This document shows, piece by piece, positions 18,987-29,901 of a DNA stretch of 64,000 bases. Where the stretch lies: NCBI GenBank assembly GCA_963669175.1, contig OY769902.1, positions 3,104,001 through 3,168,000 on the forward strand, in the 5' to 3' direction. The notes beneath the pieces were generated by a model. The model saw only the letters and a list, made by a program, of their open reading frames with translations, was not told the DNA's origin and did no database searches. Each line of letters opens with the position of its first letter. The stretch's first letter is position 1. Source of the stretch: a bacterium (GTDB lineage: Bacteria; Electryoneota; Electryoneia; Electryoneales; Electryoneaceae). The translations under genes and the position numbers were made by a program.

Positions 18987-21242
18987 ATGGCAGACATATC
19001 CGCGAACACACCCGGCGCTTATCCCGGTGATCCCGAAGTTACACGGGAACTGGCGCATGCCCATCAATTAAATGATGAAGAATATGATCGCATACTTGAG
19101 TTGCTTGGACGTACGCCTACGTATACCGAGCTTGGTATTTTCTCTGTCATGTGGTCAGAGCATGCCAGTTATAAGAACTCAATTCAACAGCTGAAGACAC
19201 TTCCACGCAGTGGTGGCAAGCTGCTTGTCGGCGCTGGCGAGGAAAACGCCGGACTGATCGATATCGGTGATAATCTTGCCGTAGCATTCAAAATCGAAAG
19301 CCATAACCATCCTTCGGCGGTTGAACCTTACCAGGGAGCCGCGACAGGTGTTGGCGGGATTCTGCGTGATGTGTTCACCATGGGCGCTCGTCCCATTGCC
19401 GCACTGAACAGTCTGCATTTCGGACCGCCGGAAGACAGCCGGGTACGATACCTGGTGGATGGTGTGGTTCGTGGAATTGCAGACTATGGCAACTGCTTCG
19501 GTGTCCCGACTGTGGCGGGAGAAGTCATCTTCGAGAAAGAGTACAAGGGCAATCCGCTGGTCAATGCCATGGCTGTTGGGTTGGTGGAACATGATAAGGT
19601 GATGAAAGCGAACGCGGATGGGCCCGGCAATCCTGTGATTTATGTTGGCTCACGGACCGGACGCGATGGCATCCACGGCGCCACCTTCGCCTCAGAAGAA
19701 TTGTCCGAGGAATCCGAAAGCCGTAAAAGTAATGTGCAGGTCGGTGATCCTTTCGCTGAGAAATTGTTACTGGAAGCCACGCTTGAGCTGGCCGATACAG
19801 GCGCTGTTGTCGGTATTCAGGATATGGGCGCTGCCGGGTTGACTTGCTCCTCTTCCGAGATGGCTGCCAAAACCGGCGTCGGAATCGATTTGAACCTGGA
19901 CCTGGTGCCTCGCCGTGAAGAGAAGATGACCCCTTACGAAACCATGCTGTCCGAATCTCAGGAACGGATGCTGCTGGTGGCGGAACGTGGGCGTGAAGAA
20001 GAAATCTATCAGGTTTTCCGCAAGTGGGATCTGGAAGCGGTTGAGGTTGGGCAGGTAACTGATAATGGCCGCTTGCGTGTATGGCAGGACGGTACAATGG
20101 TCGCCGATATGCCTGCACCGCCGTTGGCATTGGGTAGCGGCGCTCCGGTCTACGAGCGTGAAACCAGCAAACCGGCTTATCTCGACAAGATCACAGAACT
20201 CGGCGAGATGGCTGAACCAGAAGATTTCGCGCAAACAGCCCTGGATCTCCTGGCGCAGCCGAACATCACATCCAAGCGGTGGGTGTACCGCCAGTATGAC
20301 CACATGGTCCGTGGCAACAGCCGAGTTATTCCTGGTGGGGGAGATGCGGCCGTAGTGCGTGTTCCGGGAACGAAAAAAGCGCTTGGGATGAGCACAGACT
20401 GCAACCCGCGTTATGTGTATCTCGATCCACGCAAAGGCGCGTCAATCGCTGTTGCGGAAGCGGCACGAAATGTGGCCTGCACCGGGGCACGCCCGCTCGG
20501 TGTTACCAACTGCCTGAACTTCGGCAATCCCTATAAACCGGAGATGTACTGGCAGTTTGTCGAAGCAGTAGCCGGAATGGGTGAGGCTTGCCGTGTACTG
20601 GAAACACCTGTCACCGGTGGAAACGTGTCCTTCTACAATGAGAATCCGGCCGGTTCCATCTTCGCTACACCTACGATAGGTATTGTCGGCCTGGCAGAAG
20701 ATGCGACAAAGACAGTAGGCATGGCATTCCCGGAAGATCAGCAGGCGATCTACCTGATCGGCGCATCGGAGGTCTCCTGGGCCGGCAGCGAATGGCAGAT
20801 GATGCAGCATGGCAGCCCGCGCGGCAAATTGCCTGAGCTGGATCTTCAGCTTGAGAAGCGGTTGCAGGATCTGCTCATCAAGGGGATTGAAAAGGGCTAC
20901 ATCATGGCCGCGCATGATCTCGCCGAGGGTGGGCTTGTGACTGCCTTGTGCGAGATGGCGGTTGCGGATCGTCATAACCCACGCGGCGCTCTGCTGGAAA
21001 TCGAAGAGCCAACCGCGTTGAACCTGTTCGGTGAAGGTCCAAGCCGGGCGGTCGTGGTGGTCAATTGTGAGCTGCTGGAAGAGTTTGAAGCATTGGCAGA
21101 AGAACTTGATGTGCCGGCTGAATGGATTGGAACCACCGGAGGAATCGGAATCGGTTTCAAACAGGTGTTCCGTGTCATGCTGGAAGAAATTCTGGACGCC
21201 TATTACAACAGCCTGGAGAAGCATCTCGGCCTGAAGAAATGA
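18987..21242 (+). CDS. purL: Phosphoribosylformylglycinamidine synthase subunit PurL
   Basis: Motifs [34 protein letters not shown] and NCLNFGNP. Confidence 0.96.
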   Translation: MADISANTPGAYPGDPEVTRELAHAHQLNDEEYDRILELLGRTPTYTELGIFSVMWSEHASYKNSIQQLKTLPRSGGKLLVGAGEENAGLIDIGDNLAVAFKIESHNHPSAVEPYQGAATGVGGILRDVFTMGARPIAALNSLHFGPPEDSRVRYLVDGVVRGIADYGNCFGVPTVAGEVIFEKEYKGNPLVNAMAVGLVEHDKVMKANADGPGNPVIYVGSRTGRDGIHGATFASEELSEESESRKSNVQVGDPFAEKLLLEATLELADTGAVVGIQDMGAAGLTCSSSEMAAKTGVGIDLNLDLVPRREEKMTPYETMLSESQERMLLVAERGREEEIYQVFRKWDLEAVEVGQVTDNGRLRVWQDGTMVADMPAPPLALGSGAPVYERETSKPAYLDKITELGEMAEPEDFAQTALDLLAQPNITSKRWVYRQYDHMVRGNSRVIPGGGDAAVVRVPGTKKALGMSTDCNPRYVYLDPRKGASIAVAEAARNVACTGARPLGVTNCLNFGNPYKPEMYWQFVEAVAGMGEACRVLETPVTGGNVSFYNENPAGSIFATPTIGIVGLAEDATKTVGMAFPEDQQAIYLIGASEVSWAGSEWQMMQHGSPRGKLPELDLQLEKRLQDLLIKGIEKGYIMAAHDLAEGGLVTALCEMAVADRHNPRGALLEIEEPTALNLFGEGPSRAVVVVNCELLEEFEALAEELDVPAEWIGTTGGIGIGFKQVFRVMLEEILDAYYNSLEKHLGLKK

Positions 21243-21271
21243 CGTAGCCGGATTTTTGCGCGACACTTTCG

Positions 21272-21304
21272 ACATCCCCGTTCCATTTAGCGGAATGGGG
21301 ATGT
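21272..21304 (+). terminator. Hairpin/terminator after purL
   Basis: Stem ACATCCCCGTTCC/GGAATGGGGATGT followed by an AT/T-rich tail. Confidence 0.65.
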
Positions 21305-21359
21305 ATATTTTGAAGGATGCAAATAGCAGCAAGCCATATTTGAAGACAAAGAGGTGTAT

Positions 21360-21421
21360 ATTAGTAGTTAATGCTACTAATAAACTCTTGACGTGGCCAA
21401 AAAACTGTCGTAGTATATAAT
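21360..21421 (+). promoter_or_regulatory. Palindromic operator plus sigma70 promoter of the FG-GAP gene
   Basis: ATTAGTAG-N6-CTACTAAT (21360-21381) just upstream of TTGACG-N17-TAGTAT, with an overlapping TATAAT. Confidence 0.55.
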
Positions 21422-21493
21422 ACGAGCCGGAATAACCCGCCTTGTACGCTTCCTTGTCGGACACCAGGGCGCTTGAGGTAGGAGACTATTCTT

Positions 21494-23560
21494 ATGAACC
21501 GTATACTGCCCTACGGTCTTTTCGCATTTCTCTGTCTGTTCCGGGTTTCCACAGCACTTGCCGATTTCCCATTCCATCAACACAGTGTCACGACCACCTT
21601 TAACACGGCCGCCGCCGCTCGTATTGGCGATCTGGATGGCGATGGCGATATGGATCTTGCTGCCACGGGGTGGGAAGCATCTGACGTGGCCTGGTTCGAA
21701 AATGACGGTGATCAGAATTTTACTGAACACACCATCGAAGAAGGATTCAGCGGTAGAGATGTGATTCTTCGTGATATCGATGGCGATGGCGATCTGGATG
21801 TATTCGCCTGTGATTCTGATGTCAACGAAGTCAAATGGTGGGAAAATGATGGGACGGGCTCATTTACCGGGTATATGATAACATCTGAACTGGCTTCCGC
21901 GCATACGATGGAAGTGGGTGACATTGATGGGGATGGTAACCTGGACCCGATCTGCGCGTCATGGTTGGGCGGACTTGTCTGGTTTGAGAATGATGGCGAA
22001 GAGAACTTCACTCAGCAGGTTATTGATGATGAAGGTACAGGCGGAACATGTGTACATGCGATTGACTGGGATGGAGACGAGGATACTGATCTTGTTGTAT
22101 CATGGTATGAAGATGCCATGATAGCGCTGTACCTGAATGATGGGTCCGGTAGTTTTACCCGTATCGATGTTGGTGGCCGTAATGGCATGCACTGGATTCA
22201 TGCTAATGATATTGACAGTGACGGCGACATGGACATCGCATCAGCCGCATATGCCGCTTCCCTGATCGGTTGGTGGGAAAATGATGGCAACAACGTATTT
22301 GAACATCATTCCCTTTACAATTTCAGGGGTGCAAGCTGGGTAACCACGGGCGACATTGATAATGATGGCGACATTGACATTTTCGGATCTGCCGAAATTG
22401 CGGATGAGATTGGCTGGTGGGAGAATGACGGCGAAGCTGAGCCCACCTTTGAGCGTCATATCATAGCTGAGAATTTCCAGAGAGTGATGGGGGAGGATCT
22501 TGGCGACATCGATGGTGATGGCGATATCGATTTTGTCGCTGCTGCGGTTGACGGAGATGATGTTGCCTGGTGGGAGAGCCTGCTGCTTGATACTCATTTT
22601 TCACAGGGGGCGGTTGCGCCGATTTTCATGCGTCCCGAATCAGGATCGTTTGTTATTAATGCAGAAATTATCAATCCACATGAAAATGCTTTGCTGGTTT
22701 CCTGCTATATCAACAACGAGGATAGTACCTACGTAAACAATTTGAGCTTGTATGATGACGGCCAGCATAGCGATCTTGAAGAAGGCGACAATATCTGGGG
22801 GAATGAGTTGGCAGCGCCTGCAATGGAAGATTTCTTCTCTATGGATATAAACATTATGGACACAGATGCCCTGTACGGGGATTTTGTGGCCGATTTTGCT
22901 CATTGCACCACGGTCGGTCCTTTGACCTTTGACCAACTGGAAGTACGCAGCGATCCACTTCCCGGTCCCGGCGAACGTATCACTTTCCAGGTATCCCTGC
23001 ATAACGAGTCTGCTTCTGCCATTGCGCCGGAAATTCGAGCCGAGATGGTTACAGAAGATCCCCTGATTACGGTTCAGAGCGGAGTGAATGTCGGGTACAA
23101 TGATGTTGGTCCCGATTCAATCTATATGCCGACGTCCAACCGCAGGGTGCTGGTAGATGAAAACCATCTCGCTGAGACGGAAGTGCCATTCACGCTTAAG
23201 ATCACTTCGAACGGAGTCCAGTACTGGACGGATTCATTCATGCTGCCGATTGGCGTCAATGCAGTCGATGACAGGGATGATGTTGCGTTGATAAAGGGAT
23301 TCAGGATGGCGGAACCCTATCCAAACCCGTTTAACTCGACTTCCCTGGTGTCAATTGAGCTGCCCGCCACATGCGAGCTTGAATTGCGTCTGTACAATCT
23401 GCTTGGCGAGGAAGTACAGGTTATCGAAAAAGGGATTTTTGCACCCGGAACACACCAGTTTGCGATCCATGCCAACAACCTGGCCAGTGGTATCTACCTG
23501 GTGCAGGCGAAATCCTCCGAATTCGGTTCACTGCAACGCAGGATTGTGCTGGTCAGATAG
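21494..23560 (+). CDS. Secreted FG-GAP/VCBS repeat protein with T9SS-type C-terminal sorting domain
   Basis: Signal peptide, seven DxDGDGDxD...W(F/W)ENDG-type repeats, a LYDDG.H.D...GD.IW motif, and a YPNPFN...LASGIY C-terminus. Confidence 0.85.
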   Translation: MNRILPYGLFAFLCLFRVSTALADFPFHQHSVTTTFNTAAAARIGDLDGDGDMDLAATGWEASDVAWFENDGDQNFTEHTIEEGFSGRDVILRDIDGDGDLDVFACDSDVNEVKWWENDGTGSFTGYMITSELASAHTMEVGDIDGDGNLDPICASWLGGLVWFENDGEENFTQQVIDDEGTGGTCVHAIDWDGDEDTDLVVSWYEDAMIALYLNDGSGSFTRIDVGGRNGMHWIHANDIDSDGDMDIASAAYAASLIGWWENDGNNVFEHHSLYNFRGASWVTTGDIDNDGDIDIFGSAEIADEIGWWENDGEAEPTFERHIIAENFQRVMGEDLGDIDGDGDIDFVAAAVDGDDVAWWESLLLDTHFSQGAVAPIFMRPESGSFVINAEIINPHENALLVSCYINNEDSTYVNNLSLYDDGQHSDLEEGDNIWGNELAAPAMEDFFSMDINIMDTDALYGDFVADFAHCTTVGPLTFDQLEVRSDPLPGPGERITFQVSLHNESASAIAPEIRAEMVTEDPLITVQSGVNVGYNDVGPDSIYMPTSNRRVLVDENHLAETEVPFTLKITSNGVQYWTDSFMLPIGVNAVDDRDDVALIKGFRMAEPYPNPFNSTSLVSIELPATCELELRLYNLLGEEVQVIEKGIFAPGTHQFAIHANNLASGIYLVQAKSSEFGSLQRRIVLVR

Positions 23561-23585
23561 AGTTTGTCCAAGTAGACACTATTAC

Positions 23586-23617
23586 AATCCCCTGTCTTTA
23601 CCGATGGGGGATTTTTT
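23586..23617 (+). terminator. Terminator after the FG-GAP gene
   Basis: Stem AATCCCC/GGGGATT followed by a T tract. Confidence 0.7.
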
Positions 23618-23705
23618 CGGAACAACATCTGTGAATCTGGAGTTTGATCTTTATAAATCAGGATATTTGGAAAGATAACCTGTTTTGTCACGTCTGGGAG
23701 GGAGG

Positions 23706-24095
23706 ATGGGAAACGGATTACGTCTTACCTTGTTCTGGTCGCCACGGATTCTCACGATCCTGTTCATCCTTTTCCTGGGATTGTTTGCGCTGGATGTTTT
23801 CGATGGCGAGCATTCGTTCTGGGAAACCATCCTGGGATTTCTGATTCACCTGATCCCCAACTTTGTCCTGGTGATTTTTCTTTTGATTGCGTGGCGCTGG
23901 GAATGGGTTGGGGGTGTTGTATACCTCGCTGCAGGCATCTTCTATCTTGTCGTTGCATGGGGCAAATTCCATATCTCTGTTTATTTTTTCATCTCAGGTC
24001 CGTTATTTCTGGTGGCGGCTTTGTTTCTGGTCGGCTGGTTTTTCCGGGACAGGATACGAACGAAACCGAATGTGGCAATAAAGGGGAACATGTGA
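23706..24095 (+). CDS. Small 4-TM membrane protein of unknown function
   Basis: Purine-rich RBS before the ATG at 23706; WSPRIL...FLIHLIP...IAWRWE with hydrophobic helices. Confidence 0.75.
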   Translation: MGNGLRLTLFWSPRILTILFILFLGLFALDVFDGEHSFWETILGFLIHLIPNFVLVIFLLIAWRWEWVGGVVYLAAGIFYLVVAWGKFHISVYFFISGPLFLVAALFLVGWFFRDRIRTKPNVAIKGNM

Positions 24096-24324
24096 GCAGA
24101 CAGCAAGCAGCCGGGGCAAATGCCCAGCATCAGTAAACACAGATGAGTAAATCCTTCTAGCCCGAATATTTCATGAACGGAACATGGATATTCATCTTAA
24201 CACAGTTAATATCAACACAATACAACTGATTCATACAGCATTTTTCAGGGGACAGTTTGCTCCGGTATCCCTTTGCGTGCCTATTCCCTGTTTCGCTGGC
24301 AAAATAGGCTGAGAATCGGCAACC

Positions 24325-24571
24325 GCCCCGGCAGGGGCAACCTGTATTAGCCCCGGGCAGCCGCCGTCAGTTTGGCGGCTACCCGGGGAGATAATGCGCA
24401 CAATATATTTACTCCGGAAGGAGTAACCTGATAATTATCAAAAGTATACAGTGGTGATATTTAGGTAACCCGCTGCCGGGGTTGGCAAGTAGCGTACATC
24501 CTATTCCCACCGTGAGCGCCAAACAGACGGCGCTGGACGGTGGGCTAATACAGAGAACCACTGCCGTGGTT
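24325..24571. repeat. Mirror-symmetric three-hairpin palindromic element (PATE/REPIN-like)
   Basis: Inverted pairs CTGTATTAGCCC (24342-53)/GGGCTAATACAG (24542-53) and CGCCGTCAGTTTGGCG (24362-77)/CGCCAAACAGACGGCG (24517-32). Same layout as 53950-54251. Confidence 0.75.
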
Positions 24572-24630
24572 CTTGTACTGGCCATTCCATCAAATACCAA
24601 ATTTGAAATTGCATTGGTGAAATATTCGGG

Positions 24631-27429
24631 CTAGAAATCAAACCCAATTCCGACTTGCCAGCGTCGTCCAGCCTGCCAGAAACGTGGATCATTATAATAC
24701 CCATCCACATCAAAGTCAGGGCTGCCGTCACCATCGCTATCGTTCGTGGAATAATACACCGGATCAGCATTTTCCTGAAAATACAACTGGTCAATATTGC
24801 GCTGATCGAATAGGTTGAACGCCTGAACATAAGCATATACCGCATTTCTGTTGGCAAATGTGAAGCGTTTCATCAGGCGTGCATCGACAGTCGTTGTGGA
24901 TTCGAGACGATCCGGGGGGCGAACAAGTGTGTTGTTGAAATACGAAGTCGCATATGGTATTCCGCTACCGTAGCGCACAACTGTAGAAAGGCTTAATTCT
25001 TCGATCGCACGGTTGAAACATTTCCATGGCGTCAGGTCAGCCTCGCGTGGGATAGTCAGCAGCAGGGTGCCCGTTAGCGTTGTCGCTTGATCCCAATCTG
25101 CACTGACCTCGCTGAGGTCGTAATGATCTTCCCAGTATTCGCCCCGCAAATACAAATCGTAATCGTAATTCATCTGGACACGCATGGGTGTATAGCGGAT
25201 CTCGCCCTGAACAAAGGAATTGGCATCATAACAGAGAGTGATTTCCATACCACGTATGTCGTATTCCGGCATGTAGAAAGTATATCCGATATAACCAGTC
25301 TGGTAAGAAAATCGCTGTGCCGGATCAACCCATTTCAAGAATCCGGTGATTCCGGTATATCCGAAGGAGGGTATTTGTTGACGAATCTCCAGTACGAGTT
25401 CCGAGGTGCGGTCGGGATCGGTATCATCAATACTGGATGGATAGAAATACCAATTATCCGGGATCTGTGAAATCATGCTGCCAGTTAGTGATACCTGTGT
25501 AACCGTAAACGGTTGCCAGGTTATTGACAGCATCGGGCTGGCCATAAACTGTGATTTGGGATCATCCTGTTCCATAGCGAACTCATAGTCTTTAATCTCA
25601 TCCGGTTCAAACAGGTCCGCACGTACCCCGCCAGTCAATACCAGTTGCCAAATATCAGTTCGCCCTTTAATCCATGCGCCATACCGGGTTGGAGTGAACT
25701 TGGTATGTGTTTGGCCCATCCCGCCGCCCATTCTGGCAATTGTATGATCAATAATCTCGTAGAAGTCAGCATCGAGACCGACTTGAATGGTCGTATTCGG
25801 TTTCATCCTATAATCGAGATGCCCTTTAAGGGAGGTTGTCTCAGTGATCTGCACGCCCCACAGGTTGTAGTCATACACCCAGCCATCTCCGTAGGTAAAG
25901 TCGCCATTATCATTGCGTTCATGGTCGTAATACACATCTTCCCAGGCCATCCATTCGCTTTCCGGTCCATGTTCAGAAGCGTCGATGTACCCGTTGTTAT
26001 TGTTATCTGTGAACAGGTCGGTAGAGGAGCCGTAAACCGCCCAATCCCAGACACCGTTTCCATTACGGTCTTCATAATCCCATGCGCCGTTCCGGTTGAA
26101 ATCAAAATAATAGAACTGCGGATCAGCGGAGCTGGGCCACGCAGCCAGGTATTCTGCATTCTCCGAAAGGAAATCTTCAGGAATATCGCTGATGGCGCTG
26201 TAACGAGGTTCGAGGTCGAAAATGCCGTCCTGGTTACTGTCCTCATTGGTGTCTTCACGGATGTTATATTTCGTTTCCGAGCGTGTCCTTGCTACCTGCA
26301 AATGATAAGACAAGTCAGGGGAGAGGTGGTGATCCAGTTGTGCATTCCAGTACCAGGCGTGAGTTTCCCAGGTCGGCAGATGATCCAGCATACGTTCCAT
26401 TCGGATCAACGAACCATCCCCATAGACATCAACAGGCGCATCATGTTCCCACTGGTTGTCGAAATGAGAAAAATACGAGTTGGAGGAGCCACCGCTGATA
26501 TTCAGTCGCACGTCACGCAAAGGTGTCAGGATCAGTTTTCCGAATGCGCTGGTGTTGGTTGAATCGTCATTGTCGAATCGTCCGCGAGTCAGGTAGTTCT
26601 GCCCGGCTACGTAAAACGTCCCGAATTTCTCCAGCTTTGGGATGGGGCCGCCGAAACTCAGTTCACCATCCTGCAAACGGTCACGTTCATCCAGGATACT
26701 GTTCCCTTCGCCAAGCGTGCTACTGCGGTATTCCACATTTCCATGATATTCGCCTGTGCAGGATTGGGTAATGAGCTGCCTGAATCCACTGGGGACGTAT
26801 GGATATTCAATATCTGGTATTGGTTGGCTTGTTACTTGGGCATACGCGGATTGTGGCAGGTTGATACGATTTCTGCTACTGATCCAGTCGCCCAATGCAA
26901 CACCATCGATGAAGAAACCGGAAGCGTTGATTTTTCCGCCACGGATGTGACCGTATACGGTCCCTGGGGCCAGTGGCAGGATATCTCGATAATCTTCATG
27001 TGGGAGATAACGGATCTGATCATCAAGCCTGATGAACTCACCCTGAAGGGGAGGAGCTGTTGTGAAGACCTGGCTGGAACGTGTCAGGATGATAGTTTCC
27101 TGATCGGAGTCCGCGCTAAGCATGAATTCCAGCGCCTGTGTTTTTCCGGCGAATAGCTGGATGTTGTAATACGTTGTTGTTCCGTAACCGTCAGCCTCAA
27201 TGCTGAGAGTATAAACACCTGGGGAAAGCTGTTGAAACGAAAATGATCCCGCTTCATCAGTCGCCTGAGTGTTGCCAGTATTCAGAAGATTAACTGTCGC
27301 TTGCACAATCGGGTTTTGAGATTGAAGGTCAGTCACAATTCCAGTCAGCTTACCATTAACCGTTGCATATCCGGAAGATGCGATTAGAAGTGTCAACAGT
27401 ATTCCCGACAGCCAGCGCATGCAATTCAT
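24631..27429 (-). CDS. TonB-dependent receptor-like outer-membrane protein with N-terminal carboxypeptidase-regulatory-like domain
   Basis: Signal peptide, GKLTGIVTD, plug-like HIRGG...FFIDG, and FNLFD...GRRWQVGIGFDF with a terminal Phe. Confidence 0.85.
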   Translation of the reverse strand: MNCMRWLSGILLTLLIASSGYATVNGKLTGIVTDLQSQNPIVQATVNLLNTGNTQATDEAGSFSFQQLSPGVYTLSIEADGYGTTTYYNIQLFAGKTQALEFMLSADSDQETIILTRSSQVFTTAPPLQGEFIRLDDQIRYLPHEDYRDILPLAPGTVYGHIRGGKINASGFFIDGVALGDWISSRNRINLPQSAYAQVTSQPIPDIEYPYVPSGFRQLITQSCTGEYHGNVEYRSSTLGEGNSILDERDRLQDGELSFGGPIPKLEKFGTFYVAGQNYLTRGRFDNDDSTNTSAFGKLILTPLRDVRLNISGGSSNSYFSHFDNQWEHDAPVDVYGDGSLIRMERMLDHLPTWETHAWYWNAQLDHHLSPDLSYHLQVARTRSETKYNIREDTNEDSNQDGIFDLEPRYSAISDIPEDFLSENAEYLAAWPSSADPQFYYFDFNRNGAWDYEDRNGNGVWDWAVYGSSTDLFTDNNNNGYIDASEHGPESEWMAWEDVYYDHERNDNGDFTYGDGWVYDYNLWGVQITETTSLKGHLDYRMKPNTTIQVGLDADFYEIIDHTIARMGGGMGQTHTKFTPTRYGAWIKGRTDIWQLVLTGGVRADLFEPDEIKDYEFAMEQDDPKSQFMASPMLSITWQPFTVTQVSLTGSMISQIPDNWYFYPSSIDDTDPDRTSELVLEIRQQIPSFGYTGITGFLKWVDPAQRFSYQTGYIGYTFYMPEYDIRGMEITLCYDANSFVQGEIRYTPMRVQMNYDYDLYLRGEYWEDHYDLSEVSADWDQATTLTGTLLLTIPREADLTPWKCFNRAIEELSLSTVVRYGSGIPYATSYFNNTLVRPPDRLESTTTVDARLMKRFTFANRNAVYAYVQAFNLFDQRNIDQLYFQENADPVYYSTNDSDGDGSPDFDVDGYYNDPRFWQAGRRWQVGIGFDF

Positions 27430-27531
27430 AACATCTCTCCCAAAAAAACTGAGCATACCTGTTCTCCAGATATGCTCAGTATGATGTATCTACAATCGGA
27501 TCACGTAGTGTATCCTCAAGTTACATATCTA

Positions 27532-28974
27532 TCATGCAGCTTCGGCCTGTTTCTTCTTCCTGCTTTCCACGTCCAGCCATTTGCGTCCAAGGAACAAAGT
27601 GATCGGGCTGATCATGGTGCTTACGCCAACAATGATCCACATCAGCTCGGTATTTCGAGCGCCGGTTTCAGGACAAAGGTTGTACAATAATATGCCTGTT
27701 GCCGGTCCGGCTGCCACCTTGGCGAAGAACATCGGCGCCTTGGAGTAGGCCATATAGCTCGACTCCTTTCCTTCAGGCGCGATATTCGCCGTGTAGTCGT
27801 AGATCTTCGGTGAATAGATCGCTTCGCCGATGGACAGGACGACCTGGAAAAGTACGATCATCATAATCGATTCACCGAATCCCATGAAGAACACAGACCC
27901 GGCTGAGACCGCTGCGCCCAACATGATCACATTGTACCCCTTCATATTGCGGGTGATGGCGGTCATGATCGGGACCAGGAAGATGACAATGGCCGGGTTG
28001 ATAGAGTACAGTTTTCCGGTCCAGTTCTTCAGGCCGATCCTCTCCATATAAAGAGGATACAGCGAATGGTTATACTGGAAGATCATTTTTACCAGAACCA
28101 GCAGGAAAATGAAAGTGATGAATATCCAGAATGTCTTTTCGCTGGCAACTTCTTTCATTATCTGGAACGCTGACTTGTGTTCTTCCTGCTTTTCCGGTTT
28201 AGGTTTGGCTTCCTTCTTCTCTGTGGTCTTGTCATTCACCTCGTCTTCTTTGAATGCTTCCTTCGGAATCTTGTTACGGACAAAGAAGGTGACCAGCACA
28301 AGCGAGACTACGGTTGATAACACTGCTACCAGGAAGATGATCTGTGTGGGACGCACCACCAGGTCCATGCCCAGGAAAGAGAAGTTGTAGATAGTCGTAA
28401 AGGTTTCACGTAACCAGTCCAGGCTGAGTCCCGCCAGCAGGCTGCCTACATTCATCACGACATAATACCATGAGAAAGCGTATTTCTGAGCTTTTTTCGT
28501 GGAGAATAACTTCACCGCGGCGGCGATCAACGGGATCATGTAGGCAAAACCCACGGATAAAACAAACAATCCCGGATAGATGAGGTATGGCGACGTGGTA
28601 AAGGTGATCAGCAGACGTCCGACCAGGGCGATAACCAACCCGACCAGCAACGCTTTCTTGATCCCCAAGCTGTCCGCAATGAACCCGACAAACAGCATGA
28701 AGAAGCTCATCGAAGCGGAGAAGATGCCGAAAATGGTTCCGGCTGTGACATCATCAAGCCCCATGTCCTGCGTAAGGAAAGCCATCAGGACCAGCACGGA
28801 GGAGAAGTAACAGACACTCTCCAGCACCTTGATGGCAAAGGCGATCCAGATCTCACGCGGGCATGATCCCAGGTTAATCAGACCTTGCCAGTAATCAACA
28901 GCAGTTTCAATGGGGAAACGTAAAACAGTCGGCAGGTGAGAATACTTGCTTGCACCCTGTGCGGCTGCGGCCAT
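27532..28974 (-). CDS. MFS transporter (POT/peptide-transporter-like)
   Basis: About 12 TM segments, GFIADSLGIKK (MFS motif A), FSWYYVVMNVGS, SINP and GEAIYSP. Confidence 0.8.
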   Translation of the reverse strand: MAAAAQGASKYSHLPTVLRFPIETAVDYWQGLINLGSCPREIWIAFAIKVLESVCYFSSVLVLMAFLTQDMGLDDVTAGTIFGIFSASMSFFMLFVGFIADSLGIKKALLVGLVIALVGRLLITFTTSPYLIYPGLFVLSVGFAYMIPLIAAAVKLFSTKKAQKYAFSWYYVVMNVGSLLAGLSLDWLRETFTTIYNFSFLGMDLVVRPTQIIFLVAVLSTVVSLVLVTFFVRNKIPKEAFKEDEVNDKTTEKKEAKPKPEKQEEHKSAFQIMKEVASEKTFWIFITFIFLLVLVKMIFQYNHSLYPLYMERIGLKNWTGKLYSINPAIVIFLVPIMTAITRNMKGYNVIMLGAAVSAGSVFFMGFGESIMMIVLFQVVLSIGEAIYSPKIYDYTANIAPEGKESSYMAYSKAPMFFAKVAAGPATGILLYNLCPETGARNTELMWIIVGVSTMISPITLFLGRKWLDVESRKKKQAEAA

Positions 28975-29019
28975 CGGCAACACCTTTCGTTAAAATGGAG
29001 ATGGTCGAATCAGTCACCT

Positions 29020-29048
29020 AAGATGAATCGCAGGGCTTTCTTTGTCAA
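29020..29048 (-). promoter_or_regulatory. Putative sigma70 promoter of the MFS gene
   Basis: TTGACA-N17-CATCTT on the minus strand. Confidence 0.55.
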
Positions 29049-29202
29049 GAGAGGGGGGACTCGTGGGTCAGAAAATGAATTTGGTAGATTAGCCAGGCAT
29101 TCATACAGTATAATCGTTGGTGAAAATGATGTAAGTATTTAGTAATAATATGGTAGGGGGGGAGATGTTCAAAAAATGAGAAAAGAGTCCGGAGTCAGGA
29201 TC

Positions 29203-29231
29203 TTGCTTGTGACCTTCCGTTTTTTTATCTT
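29203..29231 (+). promoter_or_regulatory. Putative sigma70 promoter driving the long gdhA leader
   Basis: TTGCTT-N17-TATCTT. The same TATCTT -10 occurs in the promoter at 41357-41385. Predicted TSS is near 29238, at the first hairpin. Confidence 0.6.
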
Positions 29232-29237
29232 CCCCTT

Positions 29238-29880
29238 CGCCCAATTCCCGGGCGAAACGAAGAACAGCCACCGATAAAGTAGGATGGCCTTCCAGAGTTG
29301 CAATGTTTTCCCGTAGAAAACCACTTGCAAACCCAGCCCTTTAAGGCTTGTTCGAAACCCGAAAAAGCCTAAGGGATTCCCTTATCGACAGAGTGGGATA
29401 GCGTTAGCTCTGTCCGTTTCTCGTGATTCCATTAACAAAAGAATATATCAAGGATTAACGTCCTTTAAATCCTTGCGGCTGATATCAGGGAATCCCGTAT
29501 ATGGTGAACTGTATTCGGGTTATGTCAATGAGTTACGAGAGCACTGCGAGCACGAAGGCTATCTCTCGGAAGGAATAGACCTTATATTTATCTCCAGACG
29601 CCCAGCAGGGCATGAGAGATTGACAATTCGGAAGCAGGCGTGGCCGCCGGAAAATCGCTGTGAGCGTTTCCCGGTAAGCCGCGCCGCCGTAGTTAAGAGA
29701 GCCCCATGCGTTATTTTTCACAAATTGGGTTTCGGGGCTCGGTTACGGTTCCGGTGGCTTGCGGCACACGATGAAAAGCGGACGAGAAACATTGTGATAG
29801 GACCGTGTACCTGAAAAACACGGACCACTTGATAGATGCCTGGAAACAACATCTGACCGGCCGGGGAAAATCCTGCGGCC
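29238..29880 (+). ncRNA. Candidate ~650-nt structured RNA / 5' leader of gdhA
   Basis: More than 15 stems, with G-U pairs and multi-branch junctions, tile the region between the promoter and the RBS. No convincing ORF. Family not recognised. Confidence 0.55.
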
Positions 29881-29901
29881 ACCCAACGGAAGGAGTCATT
29901 C

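Noticed and set aside
29697-29772. Resemblance to group II intron domain V/VI (GAGCCCCATGCG...TACGGTTCC...ACACGAT)
   Set aside because: GAGCCCC pairs perfectly with GGGGCTC rather than with CGGTTC, the spacing does not fit a 34-nt domain V, and no GTGCG 5' end or RT was found. Distant intron ancestry of the leader cannot be excluded without a covariance-model search.
29473-29814. 113-aa ORF inside the gdhA leader
   Set aside because: TTG start with no RBS and no recognisable motif. The region is better explained by RNA structure.
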